A stretch of 64,000 bases of DNA from Elusimicrobiota bacterium. Lineage in GTDB: Bacteria; Elusimicrobiota; Elusimicrobia; FEN-1173. The notes below the pieces were generated by a model. The model was given only the letters and a program-made list of their open reading frames with translations. It was not told where the DNA came from and ran no database searches. This document shows, in pieces, positions 16,890-26,246 of this stretch (position 1 is the stretch's first letter; each line of letters opens with the position of its first letter). The DNA is taken from contig JADKHR010000001.1 in assembly GCA_016721625.1 (NCBI GenBank), positions 2,419,807 through 2,483,806 on the forward strand, given 5' to 3'. The translations under genes were made by a program, and so were the position numbers.

Positions 16890-17879
16890 ATGAAGAAACC
16901 CGCCCTTGTTTCCGCCGCCCGTTGGGCGGACCGCGCCCGCCGCACCCTGCGGATCGAAGCGCGCGCCGTGGCCGACCAGGTGGCCCATGTGGACCGACAT
17001 TTCGTTCTGGCCGCCGAGCGGTTGATCCGGACCCGGGGACGGGTGGTGGTGATGGGGATCGGCAAATCGGGTTTGATCGGGCGGAAGCTGGCCGCCACGC
17101 TCTCCTCCACGGGGACGGCGGCTTATTTCGTCCATCCGACGGACGGTCTCCACGGCGACGTGGGGATGGTGTTGGCGGGAGACACGGTGCTGGCGCTCTC
17201 CCACTCGGGGGAGACGGAGGAACTGAAAAAAATTCTCGGCACGCTCCGGAATTTGAAAGTGTTTTTGATCGCCTTGACGGGTCGGCCCCGGTCGCCCTTG
17301 GGGCGCGCGGCGGACCTGGTCGTCAACACGTCGGTGCGGGGCGAGGCCTGTCCGTTCAATATCACGCCCACGGCCTCCACCACGGCCATGCTCGCCATGG
17401 GCGACGCCTTGGCGCTCTTGGCCATGGAGATGCGGGGGTTCGGCCGGGAAGATTTCGCCCGCCTCCATCCCGCGGGGACCTTGGGCAAGCGGCTGACGCT
17501 TCGGGTGGGGGAACTGATGCATCAAGGGACGGACAACCCGCTGGTGCCGGAGTCCAAACGGGTCGAAGACGCTTTAGCGGTGATGACCCGGACCCGGCTC
17601 GGGGCCGCTTCCCTGGTGGACGGTCGGGGCCGCCTGACGGGGGTGTTCACCGACGGCGATTTGCGGCGGCGTTTGCAAAAAGATCCGGCGCTGTTGTCTA
17701 AAACCCTTTCGGCGGTCATGACGCGGTCGCCCCGGACCGTGGGGGTGGACGACCTGGCCGCCGATGTGGCCCCTCTGTTCCGAAAATACGGGTTGGATAA
17801 CTTCCCCGTGGTGGACCGACGGGGGCGGCCGGTGGGCGTGCTGGACGAAAAGGATCTCCTCGATGAAGGCCTTGTTTAA
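16890..17879 (+). CDS. kdsD: arabinose-5-phosphate isomerase (SIS + tandem CBS)
   Basis: SIS motif VVVMGIGKSG, CBS pair at C-terminus. Confidence 0.85.
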   Translation: MKKPALVSAARWADRARRTLRIEARAVADQVAHVDRHFVLAAERLIRTRGRVVVMGIGKSGLIGRKLAATLSSTGTAAYFVHPTDGLHGDVGMVLAGDTVLALSHSGETEELKKILGTLRNLKVFLIALTGRPRSPLGRAADLVVNTSVRGEACPFNITPTASTTAMLAMGDALALLAMEMRGFGREDFARLHPAGTLGKRLTLRVGELMHQGTDNPLVPESKRVEDALAVMTRTRLGAASLVDGRGRLTGVFTDGDLRRRLQKDPALLSKTLSAVMTRSPRTVGVDDLAADVAPLFRKYGLDNFPVVDRRGRPVGVLDEKDLLDEGLV

Positions 17880-18459
17880 AAAACTGCCGAGAGGGTCGGC
17901 TCTCTCCCAAAAGGAGCTCCTCCGCCGCGCCAAAAAAATCCGATTGTTCGCCATGGACGTGGACGGCGTTTTGACCGACGGAAAGATCGTCGTGCTCGAC
18001 TCCGGCGAAGAAGTTAAAAGCTGGGATGTGAAGGACCGCATCGCGTTCTTCATTTTACGGAAGTTCGGCGACCGGTTTCGGGTGGCATGGATCACGGGTC
18101 GGAAGTCCCTCCAGGTGGAGACCCGCGCGAAAGAAATCGGGGTCGCCTCCCTTTTTCAAAACTGCGACCACAAAGGGCGGGCGTTGGAGGAGGCCGCGGC
18201 GGGGCTCTCACTGACGATGGAGCAGACCGTGTTCATGGGGGACGACTTGGTGGACCTTCCGGCGCTTCGGCGGGCGGGGCTCGCCGTTTGTCCGTCGGAC
18301 GCCCACCCGTCGGTTCGGGCGGTGTGCCACTGGGTGACGAAGTCTCCCGGCGGGAACGGGGCGGTGCGGGAAATGGCGGATTTTGTGTTGGAAGCGCAGG
18401 GCTTGATGGGACCGTTGCTTGAAATGTTCGAGAACCCGGACCGCCGTCCGAATCCGTAA
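17863..18459 (+). CDS. kdsC: KDO 8-phosphate phosphatase (HAD)
   Basis: IRLFAMDVDGVLTDG HAD motif I; overlaps kdsD stop. Confidence 0.8.
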   Translation: MKALFKKLPRGSALSQKELLRRAKKIRLFAMDVDGVLTDGKIVVLDSGEEVKSWDVKDRIAFFILRKFGDRFRVAWITGRKSLQVETRAKEIGVASLFQNCDHKGRALEEAAAGLSLTMEQTVFMGDDLVDLPALRRAGLAVCPSDAHPSVRAVCHWVTKSPGGNGAVREMADFVLEAQGLMGPLLEMFENPDRRPNP

Positions 18460-18985
18460 CCTGGCCGCGGGGGCGCTGGCCGCCTTGGCGGCCTGTCGAC
18501 CCGTGCGGGGGCCCGCGTACCCGGACACGGTCGAGGCTCCCGACCAAACCATGGACGACTTCACGATGGATTCCTACGCCGCCCTGGCCCGCGTGTGGTC
18601 TTTAAGGGCGCCCCACGCCGATATTTTTGAAAAGGACCACCGCGTGGAGCTCACCCAACCGCGCATCCGTTTTTTTTCCGCGGGGCGGCCGGGTTCCACC
18701 GTGGCGGCGGCCCAGGGCCGGCTGGACACGGAAACCAAAGACATGTGGGCCGGGGGCGGCGTGGTGATGGTGTCCACGGAAGGGGCGCGCCTCGAAAGCG
18801 ATTGGGTGCGCTACGAGAAGAGCACCGAACGGTTTATTTCCACGGCGGCCGTGACCATTACCCGCGGTCGTTCGGTGGTCACGGGAATCGGCTGGCAGGC
18901 GCGGTCGGACCTCTCGGATTTATTGATCACTCATCAGCGGGGAGAGATCGCCCCAGAAGACGAGCGCGGGTTTAAGAAGAAATGA
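18419..18985 (+). CDS. lptC: LptC-like LPS export protein
   Basis: position between kdsC and lptA; size/beta-jellyroll-like composition; weak. Confidence 0.45.
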   Translation: MKCSRTRTAVRIRNLAAGALAALAACRPVRGPAYPDTVEAPDQTMDDFTMDSYAALARVWSLRAPHADIFEKDHRVELTQPRIRFFSAGRPGSTVAAAQGRLDTETKDMWAGGGVVMVSTEGARLESDWVRYEKSTERFISTAAVTITRGRSVVTGIGWQARSDLSDLLITHQRGEIAPEDERGFKKK

Positions 18986-19881
18986 GGCGTGCCGAAGAGA
19001 GAAACGGTTTTACGGGACGCCTTTTGTTTTTTGCGGTCTTGGCGGTGGCGGGAGAAGCGGCGGCGGGGGGGCCGGACGTGGGGGTTTCCACGGCGGCGCC
19101 CAAGGCCGTGATCACGAGCCGGTCCGTGCGGGTGTTGGACAAGGGAGGGCGGGTGGAGTTCACGGGGGACGTGAAGCTCACCCGGGGAGACGATTTTTTG
19201 TCGACGGATCGCCTGGTGACCGAGGAGGCCACCAACGTGTCGCGGGCGACCGGGCACGTTTACTTTCGGCAGGAGAACGCCGGCGAAGGGGTTCGCTGGG
19301 AAGCTTGGGGAGAGCGGGGCGTTTACGACTCCGAGGTCGCGTCGGGAACCCTGTGGGGGAACAGCCCGCCGGCCCGTGCTCGGCGGACGCCTTTGGGGCC
19401 TGGCGCGACGCCCGGCGGAAAAGTGGACTTGGAAGCGCCGGAGATTTCCTTTGCCCGGGTGGCCGTTTCCACGGCGCCCGGCTCCCGCGCCCTGGGAAGG
19501 GCCCGTGCGGCCGGGGGTGTGTACGTGAAAAGCGCGGAGGACGTTCCGATTCCGCGGGTGACGGAAATGTGGTCGGACCGGGCGGACTACGATGGACCGG
19601 CGGACCGGTTTCGGTTGGAAGGGGCCTTTCGTCCATGGCCCGGCCTCCCTCCGCCCGGGGATCCCCCCGCTCGTTTGGACCGGCCTTACGCCCGCCAGGT
19701 CCAGGGTTCGGAGCGGCGGCAACTCCGGGGAGAAATCATCAATTTTCACCCCGCCGCGCGGCGACTGGTGGTGGAACGGGCCGTGCGGGCTCAAATTTTG
19801 TTCGATTCCAGCAAGTCCGCGAACGGCGCGGGATCGGAAATCAAGGGAAAAGAGAGGAAAACGGGTGTCCCTGCTCGCTGA
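18982..19881 (+). CDS. lptA: LptA/OstA-like periplasmic LPS transport protein
   Basis: signal peptide; OstA-like N domain; synteny. Confidence 0.55.
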   Translation: MRRAEERNGFTGRLLFFAVLAVAGEAAAGGPDVGVSTAAPKAVITSRSVRVLDKGGRVEFTGDVKLTRGDDFLSTDRLVTEEATNVSRATGHVYFRQENAGEGVRWEAWGERGVYDSEVASGTLWGNSPPARARRTPLGPGATPGGKVDLEAPEISFARVAVSTAPGSRALGRARAAGGVYVKSAEDVPIPRVTEMWSDRADYDGPADRFRLEGAFRPWPGLPPPGDPPARLDRPYARQVQGSERRQLRGEIINFHPAARRLVVERAVRAQILFDSSKSANGAGSEIKGKERKTGVPAR

Positions 19882-20584
19882 GAATTTAAAAAAGTCCTAC
19901 GGATCCCGCCTGGTGGTGGACGGGGTGACCGTGGAGGTCAACCCGGGAGAGATCGTCGGGCTTCTGGGCCCCAACGGCGCGGGGAAGACCACCAGTTTCT
20001 ACATGACCGTGGGCCTCGTTCGTCCGGACGGGGGTCGCATCACCATCGAAGGGAGCGACGTTTCCGGATTGCCGATGTACATGCGGGCCCGGGCGGGGCT
20101 CGGCTATCTGGCCCAGGAACCGTCCATTTTCCGCCATATGTCCGTGGAAGATAACCTGAACGCCATCCTCGAACACCTGCCGCTCCTGCCCGAGGAACGG
20201 AAAGCCAAAGGCCAGGGGCTTTTGGAAGATTTGGGGCTGACGCGGTTGGCCAAACAGATGGCGTTCACTCTTTCCGGCGGGGAGAAACGCCGGACGGAAA
20301 TCGCCCGCGCCCTCGTGACGGACCCCCGCTATCTCCTTTTGGACGAACCGTTCGTGGGGATCGACCCGCTGGCGGTGAACGACATTCAGGACGTGTTGGG
20401 GCAGTTGAAGAAAAAAGGGCTCGGACTTTTGATCACCGACCACAACGTTCGGGCGACCCTCGAGATCGTCGATCGCGCCTACATCATCCACGCCGGCCGC
20501 ATTCTGGTCCACGGCGGGGCCCACGATTTGATGAACTCGGCGGAAGCGCGCCGTCTCTACCTGGGAGAAAAATTTCGGATGTGA
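19865..20584 (+). CDS. lptB: LPS export ABC transporter ATPase
   Basis: GTG start 19865; Walker A GPNGAGKTT, signature LSGGEKRR, Walker B LLLDEP. Confidence 0.85.
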   Translation: MSLLAENLKKSYGSRLVVDGVTVEVNPGEIVGLLGPNGAGKTTSFYMTVGLVRPDGGRITIEGSDVSGLPMYMRARAGLGYLAQEPSIFRHMSVEDNLNAILEHLPLLPEERKAKGQGLLEDLGLTRLAKQMAFTLSGGEKRRTEIARALVTDPRYLLLDEPFVGIDPLAVNDIQDVLGQLKKKGLGLLITDHNVRATLEIVDRAYIIHAGRILVHGGAHDLMNSAEARRLYLGEKFRM

Positions 20585-20616
20585 GGGGGAGAGGAACCAT
20601 TTCCGTTGGAAATAGG

Positions 20617-20640
20617 CCCTCTCCCGCTAGCGGGAGAGGG
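20617..20640. terminator. 24-bp palindrome CCCTCTCCCGCTAGCGGGAGAGGG after lptB (copy of element at 5863)
   Basis: read directly. Confidence 0.45.
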
Positions 20641-20767
20641 AAACCGCTTTTAAGAGCGAAAGGGACTTGGCGAACGGGGTGGTGGCTTTGGGTTTTTGAA
20701 AAATTGACAGGGTCTCGAAGGAAATGATAAATTGCTCTTAAAATAAATCTGAATCACGGGATGGCCT

Positions 20768-21289
20768 ATGCAAATACACATCACCGCCCGCCACATCGAA
20801 CTGACCCCGGCCCTGGCCGATCACGCCCGAAAGAAGCTCGAGCGGATTGCGCGGCATTTCGAGATCGTTCTCCGAGCCCAGGTGATCCTGGGGGTGGAGA
20901 AGCACCGACACATCGCCGAGGTCGTGGTCCACGCCCAAGGCCATCATGATTTTCGCGCCCGAGAAGTGGCGGGCGATCTCTACGCCGCCATCGATTTGGC
21001 CGTCGAGAAATTGCAGTTGCATTTTTCCCGCGAGAAGGATCGCCGGGTGACCGGCCGGCGGGGCGGGAAATCTCGGCCGGGGCCGCTTCCGCTTCCTTCC
21101 GCCCCCAAGGAACCCGTCATTACCCGGATCAGCCGGGTGACCCCGCGGATTCTTTCGGTTACCGAGGCGGCCCGCGCCCTGGGCGACACCGATATGGATT
21201 TCCTGCTGTTCTTGGGCGAGGATGACGCGGTGAGGGTTCTCTATCGCCGGCAAGACGGAACCTACGGGCTCCTGGAACCCAACCTCTGA
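20768..21289 (+). CDS. hpf: ribosome hibernation promoting factor (long form)
   Basis: MQIHITARHIELTPAL N-domain plus C-terminal dimerisation domain. Confidence 0.8.
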   Translation: MQIHITARHIELTPALADHARKKLERIARHFEIVLRAQVILGVEKHRHIAEVVVHAQGHHDFRAREVAGDLYAAIDLAVEKLQLHFSREKDRRVTGRRGGKSRPGPLPLPSAPKEPVITRISRVTPRILSVTEAARALGDTDMDFLLFLGEDDAVRVLYRRQDGTYGLLEPNL

Positions 21290-21309
21290 TCCCCCTCAAG
21301 GATGCGCCC

Positions 21310-21768
21310 ATGAAACTCGTCGAACTTCTTCCGTTGTCCGCTATTTGCGTCGATCTAGCGGCCCAATCCAAAAAAGAGGCGTTGGAGGAGCTGTGCGCGC
21401 TCCTGGCCAAGGCCAAGAAAATTCCCGACGCTCCCGCCTTGGTTCGCACGCTTTTGGAACGCGAGGCCCTGGGGTCCACGGGCATCGGGCAGGGGGTGGC
21501 CATCCCGCACGGCAAGGCGCCGGCGATCAAGGAACAGGCGGCGGCGCTGGGAATTTCAAAGCGCGGCGTGGAGTTCGAATCCTTGGATGGGGAACCGGTC
21601 CACATCATTTTCCTTTTGGTGGCGCCGCCCGACGCGGCGGGGAACCATCTGAAGGCCTTGGCCAAAGTCTCCCGCCTCCTGAAAGACAAGTTCTTCCGCC
21701 AAGCCCTGAAAGACGGCAAGAGCGCCGAGGAAATCCTCACCATCATCCGCGAGGAAGACGAATACTGA
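21310..21768 (+). CDS. ptsN: PTS IIA-Ntr nitrogen regulatory protein
   Basis: EIIA-fructose-type fold, active His in AIPHGK. Confidence 0.8.
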   Translation: MKLVELLPLSAICVDLAAQSKKEALEELCALLAKAKKIPDAPALVRTLLEREALGSTGIGQGVAIPHGKAPAIKEQAAALGISKRGVEFESLDGEPVHIIFLLVAPPDAAGNHLKALAKVSRLLKDKFFRQALKDGKSAEEILTIIREEDEY

Positions 21769-22742
21769 TGACCACCGACGCGGCCGCGGGAAAACCCGCG
21801 CCCCTCCACGTCGAGGAGCTTTGGAAAAGCCAGGCCGAGGCCCTGCGTTTATCTCTCCTGGCCGGCCAGGGCGGGTTCCGCCGGCAGATTCGCGCGGCAG
21901 ACATCAACCGCCCCGGTCTGACCTTAGCCGGGTTCTTCGAGTATTATCGGAGCGAACGGATCCAGGTGTTCGGCATGGGCGAATCGGCTTTTTCCTCCAC
22001 CCTCTCCAACGCCCAGCGAATGGAAATCTTCGACCGGCTCCTCTCCAACGGCGAGCTCCCCTGCCTCATCCTGACCCACGGCCGTGAGCCCGTTCCGGAA
22101 ATGGTGGAACAGTGCGACCGCTACCAGGTGCCCCTCTTTCAGTCCCAGTGGGAAACCGCCCGTTTCATCGGGGAACTGACGGCCTACCTGGAGGAGCGGC
22201 TGGCTCCCTGCACCTCGGTGCACGGCACGCTCGTCAACGTCTACGGCATGGGGGTTTTGATCCTGGGGTCCTCCGGCATCGGTAAATCGGAGTGCGCGCT
22301 GGAGCTCTTGAAGCGGAGCCACATGCTGGTGGCCGACGATCGCGTGGAGATCCGCCACAAGCCGGGTGGAATTTTGGTGGGGTCCGGGCACCAACTCGTG
22401 CAACACCACATGGAAGTTCGGGGGCTTGGGATCATCGACGTCTGGAAAATTTTCGGCGTGGGCGCCGTGTTGAAACGCTCCCTCATTGAACTGGTGGTCT
22501 ATCTCGAGATGTGGGACCAAAAAAAAGAGTACGACCGCATGGGCCTGGAAGAAAAGAGCACGACCCTGCTGGGCGTCGCCGTTCCGGAAATCCGCGTGCC
22601 TGTCCATCCCGGACGGAACCTGGGTTCCCTAATCGAAGTGGCCGCGCTCAATCAACGGTTGAAGCAACAGGGCGTTCATTCCGCCCGCGAACTGAACGAG
22701 CGGCTCATCCAGCGAATGTCCGGCCACACCGGCCGGGCGTAA
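21768..22742 (+). CDS. hprK: HPr kinase/phosphorylase
   Basis: ATG overlaps ptsN stop; P-loop GSSGIGKSE. Confidence 0.85.
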   Translation: MTTDAAAGKPAPLHVEELWKSQAEALRLSLLAGQGGFRRQIRAADINRPGLTLAGFFEYYRSERIQVFGMGESAFSSTLSNAQRMEIFDRLLSNGELPCLILTHGREPVPEMVEQCDRYQVPLFQSQWETARFIGELTAYLEERLAPCTSVHGTLVNVYGMGVLILGSSGIGKSECALELLKRSHMLVADDRVEIRHKPGGILVGSGHQLVQHHMEVRGLGIIDVWKIFGVGAVLKRSLIELVVYLEMWDQKKEYDRMGLEEKSTTLLGVAVPEIRVPVHPGRNLGSLIEVAALNQRLKQQGVHSARELNERLIQRMSGHTGRA

Positions 22743-22800
22743 CACCGAATTTCACGTGGCGATTCGCGGGTCCTCCCCCTCTCGAAAGTCGGCCCGGCCC

Positions 22801-23649
22801 ATGGACTGCGTGGTCGTCACCGGTCTTTCCGGCGCGGGCAAAACCTCGGCCCTGCGGGCCTTGGAGGACATGGGCTACTTTTGCGTTGATAACCTTCCGC
22901 TTCCCCTGCTTCCCCGTTTGATCCGGCTCTATCGCGATTGGGGTCAGCGCCTGACCAAAATCGCCGTGGGAGTGGACGTGCGCACGGGGCTTCCGGCCCG
23001 GGTTTTTAAAAAATCCATCGGAGATCTGACGCGCCAAAATATCGCGCCGCGGGTCCTCTTCATGGACGCCGACAACACCACCCTCTTCCGCCGCTATTCG
23101 GAAACACGCCGCCGCCATCCCCTGGCCGGGTCGGTGGCCAGCGGCATCCGCCGGGAGCGGCGGATCCTCCACGATGTGGCGGTTCTGGCGGACAAAACCA
23201 TCGACACCTCTCATCTGGCTCCGCCCGAGGTGAAGGAAATGGTGTTGAAGACGTTGGGCCTGCAACATCCCCGGGGGATGGCGGTGATGGTTCAATCCTT
23301 CGGCTACAAGCACGGGGTTCCCATGGACGCGGACGTGGTCTGGGACGTGCGGTTTTTGCCGAACCCGAACTACGTGGCCCACCTGCGGCCTTTGACGGGA
23401 TTGAGCCCGCTGGTGGCCCGCTACGTGATGGAGAACCCCCTCACCAAACAGTTTTTGAAGCACTTGGCTCCGCTGATGGAGTTCCTCCTGGAACGGTTCG
23501 CCCAGGAGGGGAAGAGTTACCTGACCTTGGCCGTCGGATGCACGGGGGGCCGGCATCGGAGCGTGGCGGTGGCGGAAGCTCTGGGCGAGGTCATTCGAAA
23601 AAACGGCCGGTTCGACGTTCGCGTGCATCATCGGGACGCGGCGCGGTGA
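22801..23649 (+). CDS. rapZ: RNase adapter protein RapZ (YhbJ)
   Basis: Walker A GLSGAGKT at N-terminus; synteny after hprK. Confidence 0.85.
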   Translation: MDCVVVTGLSGAGKTSALRALEDMGYFCVDNLPLPLLPRLIRLYRDWGQRLTKIAVGVDVRTGLPARVFKKSIGDLTRQNIAPRVLFMDADNTTLFRRYSETRRRHPLAGSVASGIRRERRILHDVAVLADKTIDTSHLAPPEVKEMVLKTLGLQHPRGMAVMVQSFGYKHGVPMDADVVWDVRFLPNPNYVAHLRPLTGLSPLVARYVMENPLTKQFLKHLAPLMEFLLERFAQEGKSYLTLAVGCTGGRHRSVAVAEALGEVIRKNGRFDVRVHHRDAAR

Positions 23650-23659
23650 GGCGATTTCA

Positions 23660-24078
23660 ATGATGGGCATCGTGGTGGTGACGCACGGCGGTTTGGGACG
23701 GGAACTCTTGAACTGCGCGGAAAACGTCGTGGGAGCCCAAGCGGATGTCCGGGTGCTGGGTTTGACCGGGTCCGAGGCTCCCGACGGGTTCGAGAAACGC
23801 CTGCGGGAAACGCTTTTGGAACTGGAAACCCAGGCGGGCACCTTGATCCTATCCGATATGTTGGGGGCACGCCCTGCAACGTCTGCCTGCGTTTGGCGCG
23901 GGACCCCCAATTCCATTTCGAACTCGTGACCGGCGTTAGCCTTCCCATGCTCATCACGGCGCTCGCCAACCGGCACTACATGCCCCTGGCCCAGCTCACG
24001 CAGAAGCTCGTGGACGACGCTCCCCGGAGCGCCCAACGGCCGCTCCAAAAATTGCGGGAACACCTTCCACCCGCGTGA
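23660..24078 (+). CDS. PTS EIIA, mannose/fructose/sorbose family; reading frame broken in a G5 run (~23863-23867)
   Basis: ORFs 23660..23929 and 23893..24078 in adjacent frames; adding one G restores DMLGGTPCNVCLRLARDPQFHFELVTG. Confidence 0.7.
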
Positions 24079-24079
24079 C

Positions 24080-24571
24080 ATGAACCTCGTCCTCGTTCGC
24101 GTCGATGACCGGCTGATTCACGGCCAGGTGGTGGGCGGCTGGTTGCCTGTGATTCAAGCCGAGCGGATCGTGGTGGCCTCCGACCGCGCCGCCGGCGACT
24201 CCCTTCAGACCGGACTCATGCGGTTGGCCGTGCCGGACCACGTGGCCGTGGACGTGCTAACGGTGGCCCGCGCCGCGGCCGTGCTGAAAGACAACCTTTG
24301 GGAAAAAGAGCGGGTTTTGCTTCTTCTTCCCGGCGTCGAGGAACTGGCCCGCTTGGTCGAGGCCGGGGCCCCCGTCACCCAGGTGAACCTGGGCGGCCTT
24401 CACGACGCGCCGGGGCGCGAGATGGTGGCGCCCCATCTGGCGTTCACGGCCGCCGAGCGCGCCCTCTTGGCGGGCCTTTTAAAGCGCGGCCTCTCCTTCG
24501 ATACCCGCCCGCTTCCCGGGGATTCCTCGGTTCCGCTCGGCGAGCTGGTTCCGAACCTCGGGAAAAGCTGA
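24080..24571 (+). CDS. PTS EIIB, mannose family
   Basis: VRVDDRLIHGQV motif. Confidence 0.8.
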   Translation: MNLVLVRVDDRLIHGQVVGGWLPVIQAERIVVASDRAAGDSLQTGLMRLAVPDHVAVDVLTVARAAAVLKDNLWEKERVLLLLPGVEELARLVEAGAPVTQVNLGGLHDAPGREMVAPHLAFTAAERALLAGLLKRGLSFDTRPLPGDSSVPLGELVPNLGKS

Positions 24572-24572
24572 C

Positions 24573-25241
24573 ATGGCTACGCTCCTCGCCGCGCTCGCCT
24601 ACGGGATCCTCTCCTTGGACCATTTTACCGTGGGCCCGTTCCTCCTCTCTCGGCCGCTCATCCTTTCGAGCCTCGTGGGGTTCCTTTGCGGCCACGTCCC
24701 GGAAGGGATCGCCCTGGGCTTGCTCACGGAAAGCCTTTGGGTGGTGGTCCCTCCCGCGGGGCCGGCCCAGTGGGACGTGGGTCTGGCGGCGGCCCTGGCC
24801 GGCGTGTGGGCCTTTTTGAGTCCCTCGGGAGGGCCCTCCTCGTCGGTGTCTGGGGCGGCGACGGCCCTCGCCTTGATCCTCTCCATCCCCTTCGCCGTGT
24901 TGTGCCGGAGCGTGGATATTTGGTTGCGGCGGCAGATGCGGATTCTTTCGGTGCGAGCCCTGGAAGGGGTGGAGCGGGGGTTGGCCGGGCCCTTGCGCTA
25001 CGGCCTGGTTTTCGCGGGGGTTCTTTGGGGGTTCAAGAGTTTGGTGGTCTTCTTTGTGGCAGAGGCCTTGGGCGGGGCCCTCTATGGTGTTCTTCTTCCC
25101 TTGGTCCGGGGGCCCTGGCTGGAGGGGCTGGACCGGGCCTGGCGGCTGTGGCCGGCGCTCGGGTTGGCCGCCCTTTTGCACCAGCTGTCTTTGCGGCTTG
25201 GGAAGGGCCGTCGGTTTTGGCTTCCGGGAGGCGGCGGGTGA
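24573..25241 (+). CDS. PTS EIIC, mannose family
   Basis: multi-TM; position between IIB and IID. Confidence 0.7.
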   Translation: MATLLAALAYGILSLDHFTVGPFLLSRPLILSSLVGFLCGHVPEGIALGLLTESLWVVVPPAGPAQWDVGLAAALAGVWAFLSPSGGPSSSVSGAATALALILSIPFAVLCRSVDIWLRRQMRILSVRALEGVERGLAGPLRYGLVFAGVLWGFKSLVVFFVAEALGGALYGVLLPLVRGPWLEGLDRAWRLWPALGLAALLHQLSLRLGKGRRFWLPGGGG

Positions 25242-25981
25242 AACTGAACCGGCGGGACCTGGTCCGGATCTTCGCCCGCTCCTTCATCATTCAGGGGCTT
25301 TGGACCATTCAGCGGGGTCAAAATTTGGGATACGTCTACAGCCTTTGGCCGGCGCTTCGGCGGTTTCATTCCCGCCGGGACGAGCGCGCTCGGGCGGCCC
25401 GCTCCCATGCCAGTTATTTCAGCACGCATCCCTATACCGCGGGAGTTCTCCTGGGCGTGGTGGCCGGGATGGAGGAGGACCGCTCGGAGGGAGACGGCAC
25501 CGCGGTGGAGAGCGTTCTCGCCGCGCGGTCCGCCATGTCGGGCCCTCTCGCGGCCCTGGGTGAAGCTTTTTTCTGGGGAACGTGGCTCCCGTTCTGTTTG
25601 GCGGCGACCCTGGCCATGGGCGCTCTTTGTCCCCCATCGGCGATCTGGTCGCCGGTTCTTTTTCTGATTTTTTTTAACAGCCTCCACCTGGGGGTGCGGG
25701 CCGCCGGCCTGTGGCTCGGATACCGTTGGAAGAAAGACGTCGTCGGCCATCTGGCCCCGTTCCGCATTCAGGGACTTTTGCCCCTGCTCGCCTTGGGGGC
25801 CATGGCCCTCGTGGTTTTGCGGGGAGCGCTGGCCCCCCCTCCCGGATTTTCGGCCGTCCAGGGACTGCTCTGGACGGGGGTTTTCTGGGGCACGCTTCGG
25901 TTGGGCATTCGTCCGTCTTTCCTGGCTTTGGGTGTGGCGGCCGCTTCGGTGGCCTATGCCGGTATCGGGGCTTTCTTGTGA
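25238..25981 (+). CDS. PTS EIID, mannose family
   Basis: GTG start overlapping IIC stop; KLNRRDLVRIFARSFIIQGLWTIQRGQNLGYV typical IID N-terminus. Confidence 0.75.
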   Translation: MKLNRRDLVRIFARSFIIQGLWTIQRGQNLGYVYSLWPALRRFHSRRDERARAARSHASYFSTHPYTAGVLLGVVAGMEEDRSEGDGTAVESVLAARSAMSGPLAALGEAFFWGTWLPFCLAATLAMGALCPPSAIWSPVLFLIFFNSLHLGVRAAGLWLGYRWKKDVVGHLAPFRIQGLLPLLALGAMALVVLRGALAPPPGFSAVQGLLWTGVFWGTLRLGIRPSFLALGVAAASVAYAGIGAFL

Positions 25982-26244
25982 TCGAGCGCACGTTCACCGT
26001 CCTCAACAAAATGGGTCTCCACGCCCGGCCCGCGGCCGCGCTCGTGACGGCGCTCCAGAAATTCGAGAGCCACGTCCTCCTCCGGAAAGACGATCAGGAA
26101 GTGGACGGCAAAAGCATCATGGGCATCCTGACCTTGACCGCCGAGTTCGGTTCCAAGCTGACCGTCACGGCGGAAGGCGCCGACGAGCAGGCCGTGATCG
26201 ACAGCATGAACCAATTCTTCACCGACCAGGCTCACGAGGAATAA
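25978..26244 (+). CDS. ptsH: phosphocarrier protein HPr
   Basis: GTG start; GLHARPAA active-site His region. Confidence 0.8.
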   Translation: MIERTFTVLNKMGLHARPAAALVTALQKFESHVLLRKDDQEVDGKSIMGILTLTAEFGSKLTVTAEGADEQAVIDSMNQFFTDQAHEE

Positions 26245-26246
26245 AC

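Noticed and set aside
16449-17525. 358-aa - strand ORF over kdsA/kdsD and similar long - strand ORFs (22705..24081, 27570..29603, 33685..35598, 40409..41809, 51703..53481, 53602..55173)
   Set aside because: All lie antisense to conserved, recognisable + strand genes and translate to Arg/Gly/Pro-rich sequence. This is typical of spurious ORFs in GC-rich DNA.
20980-21809. ORFs 20980..21189 (-), 21159..21809 (-) and the + strand frame 21345..22742 upstream of hprK
   Set aside because: Alternative frames of hpf/ptsN/hprK. The real hprK starts at the ATG at 21768. Upstream frame residues are low complexity.
23860-23870. Programmed frameshift or genuine pseudogene in PTS IIA
   Set aside because: Six other single-base breaks in homopolymers of conserved genes make sequencing error the economical explanation.
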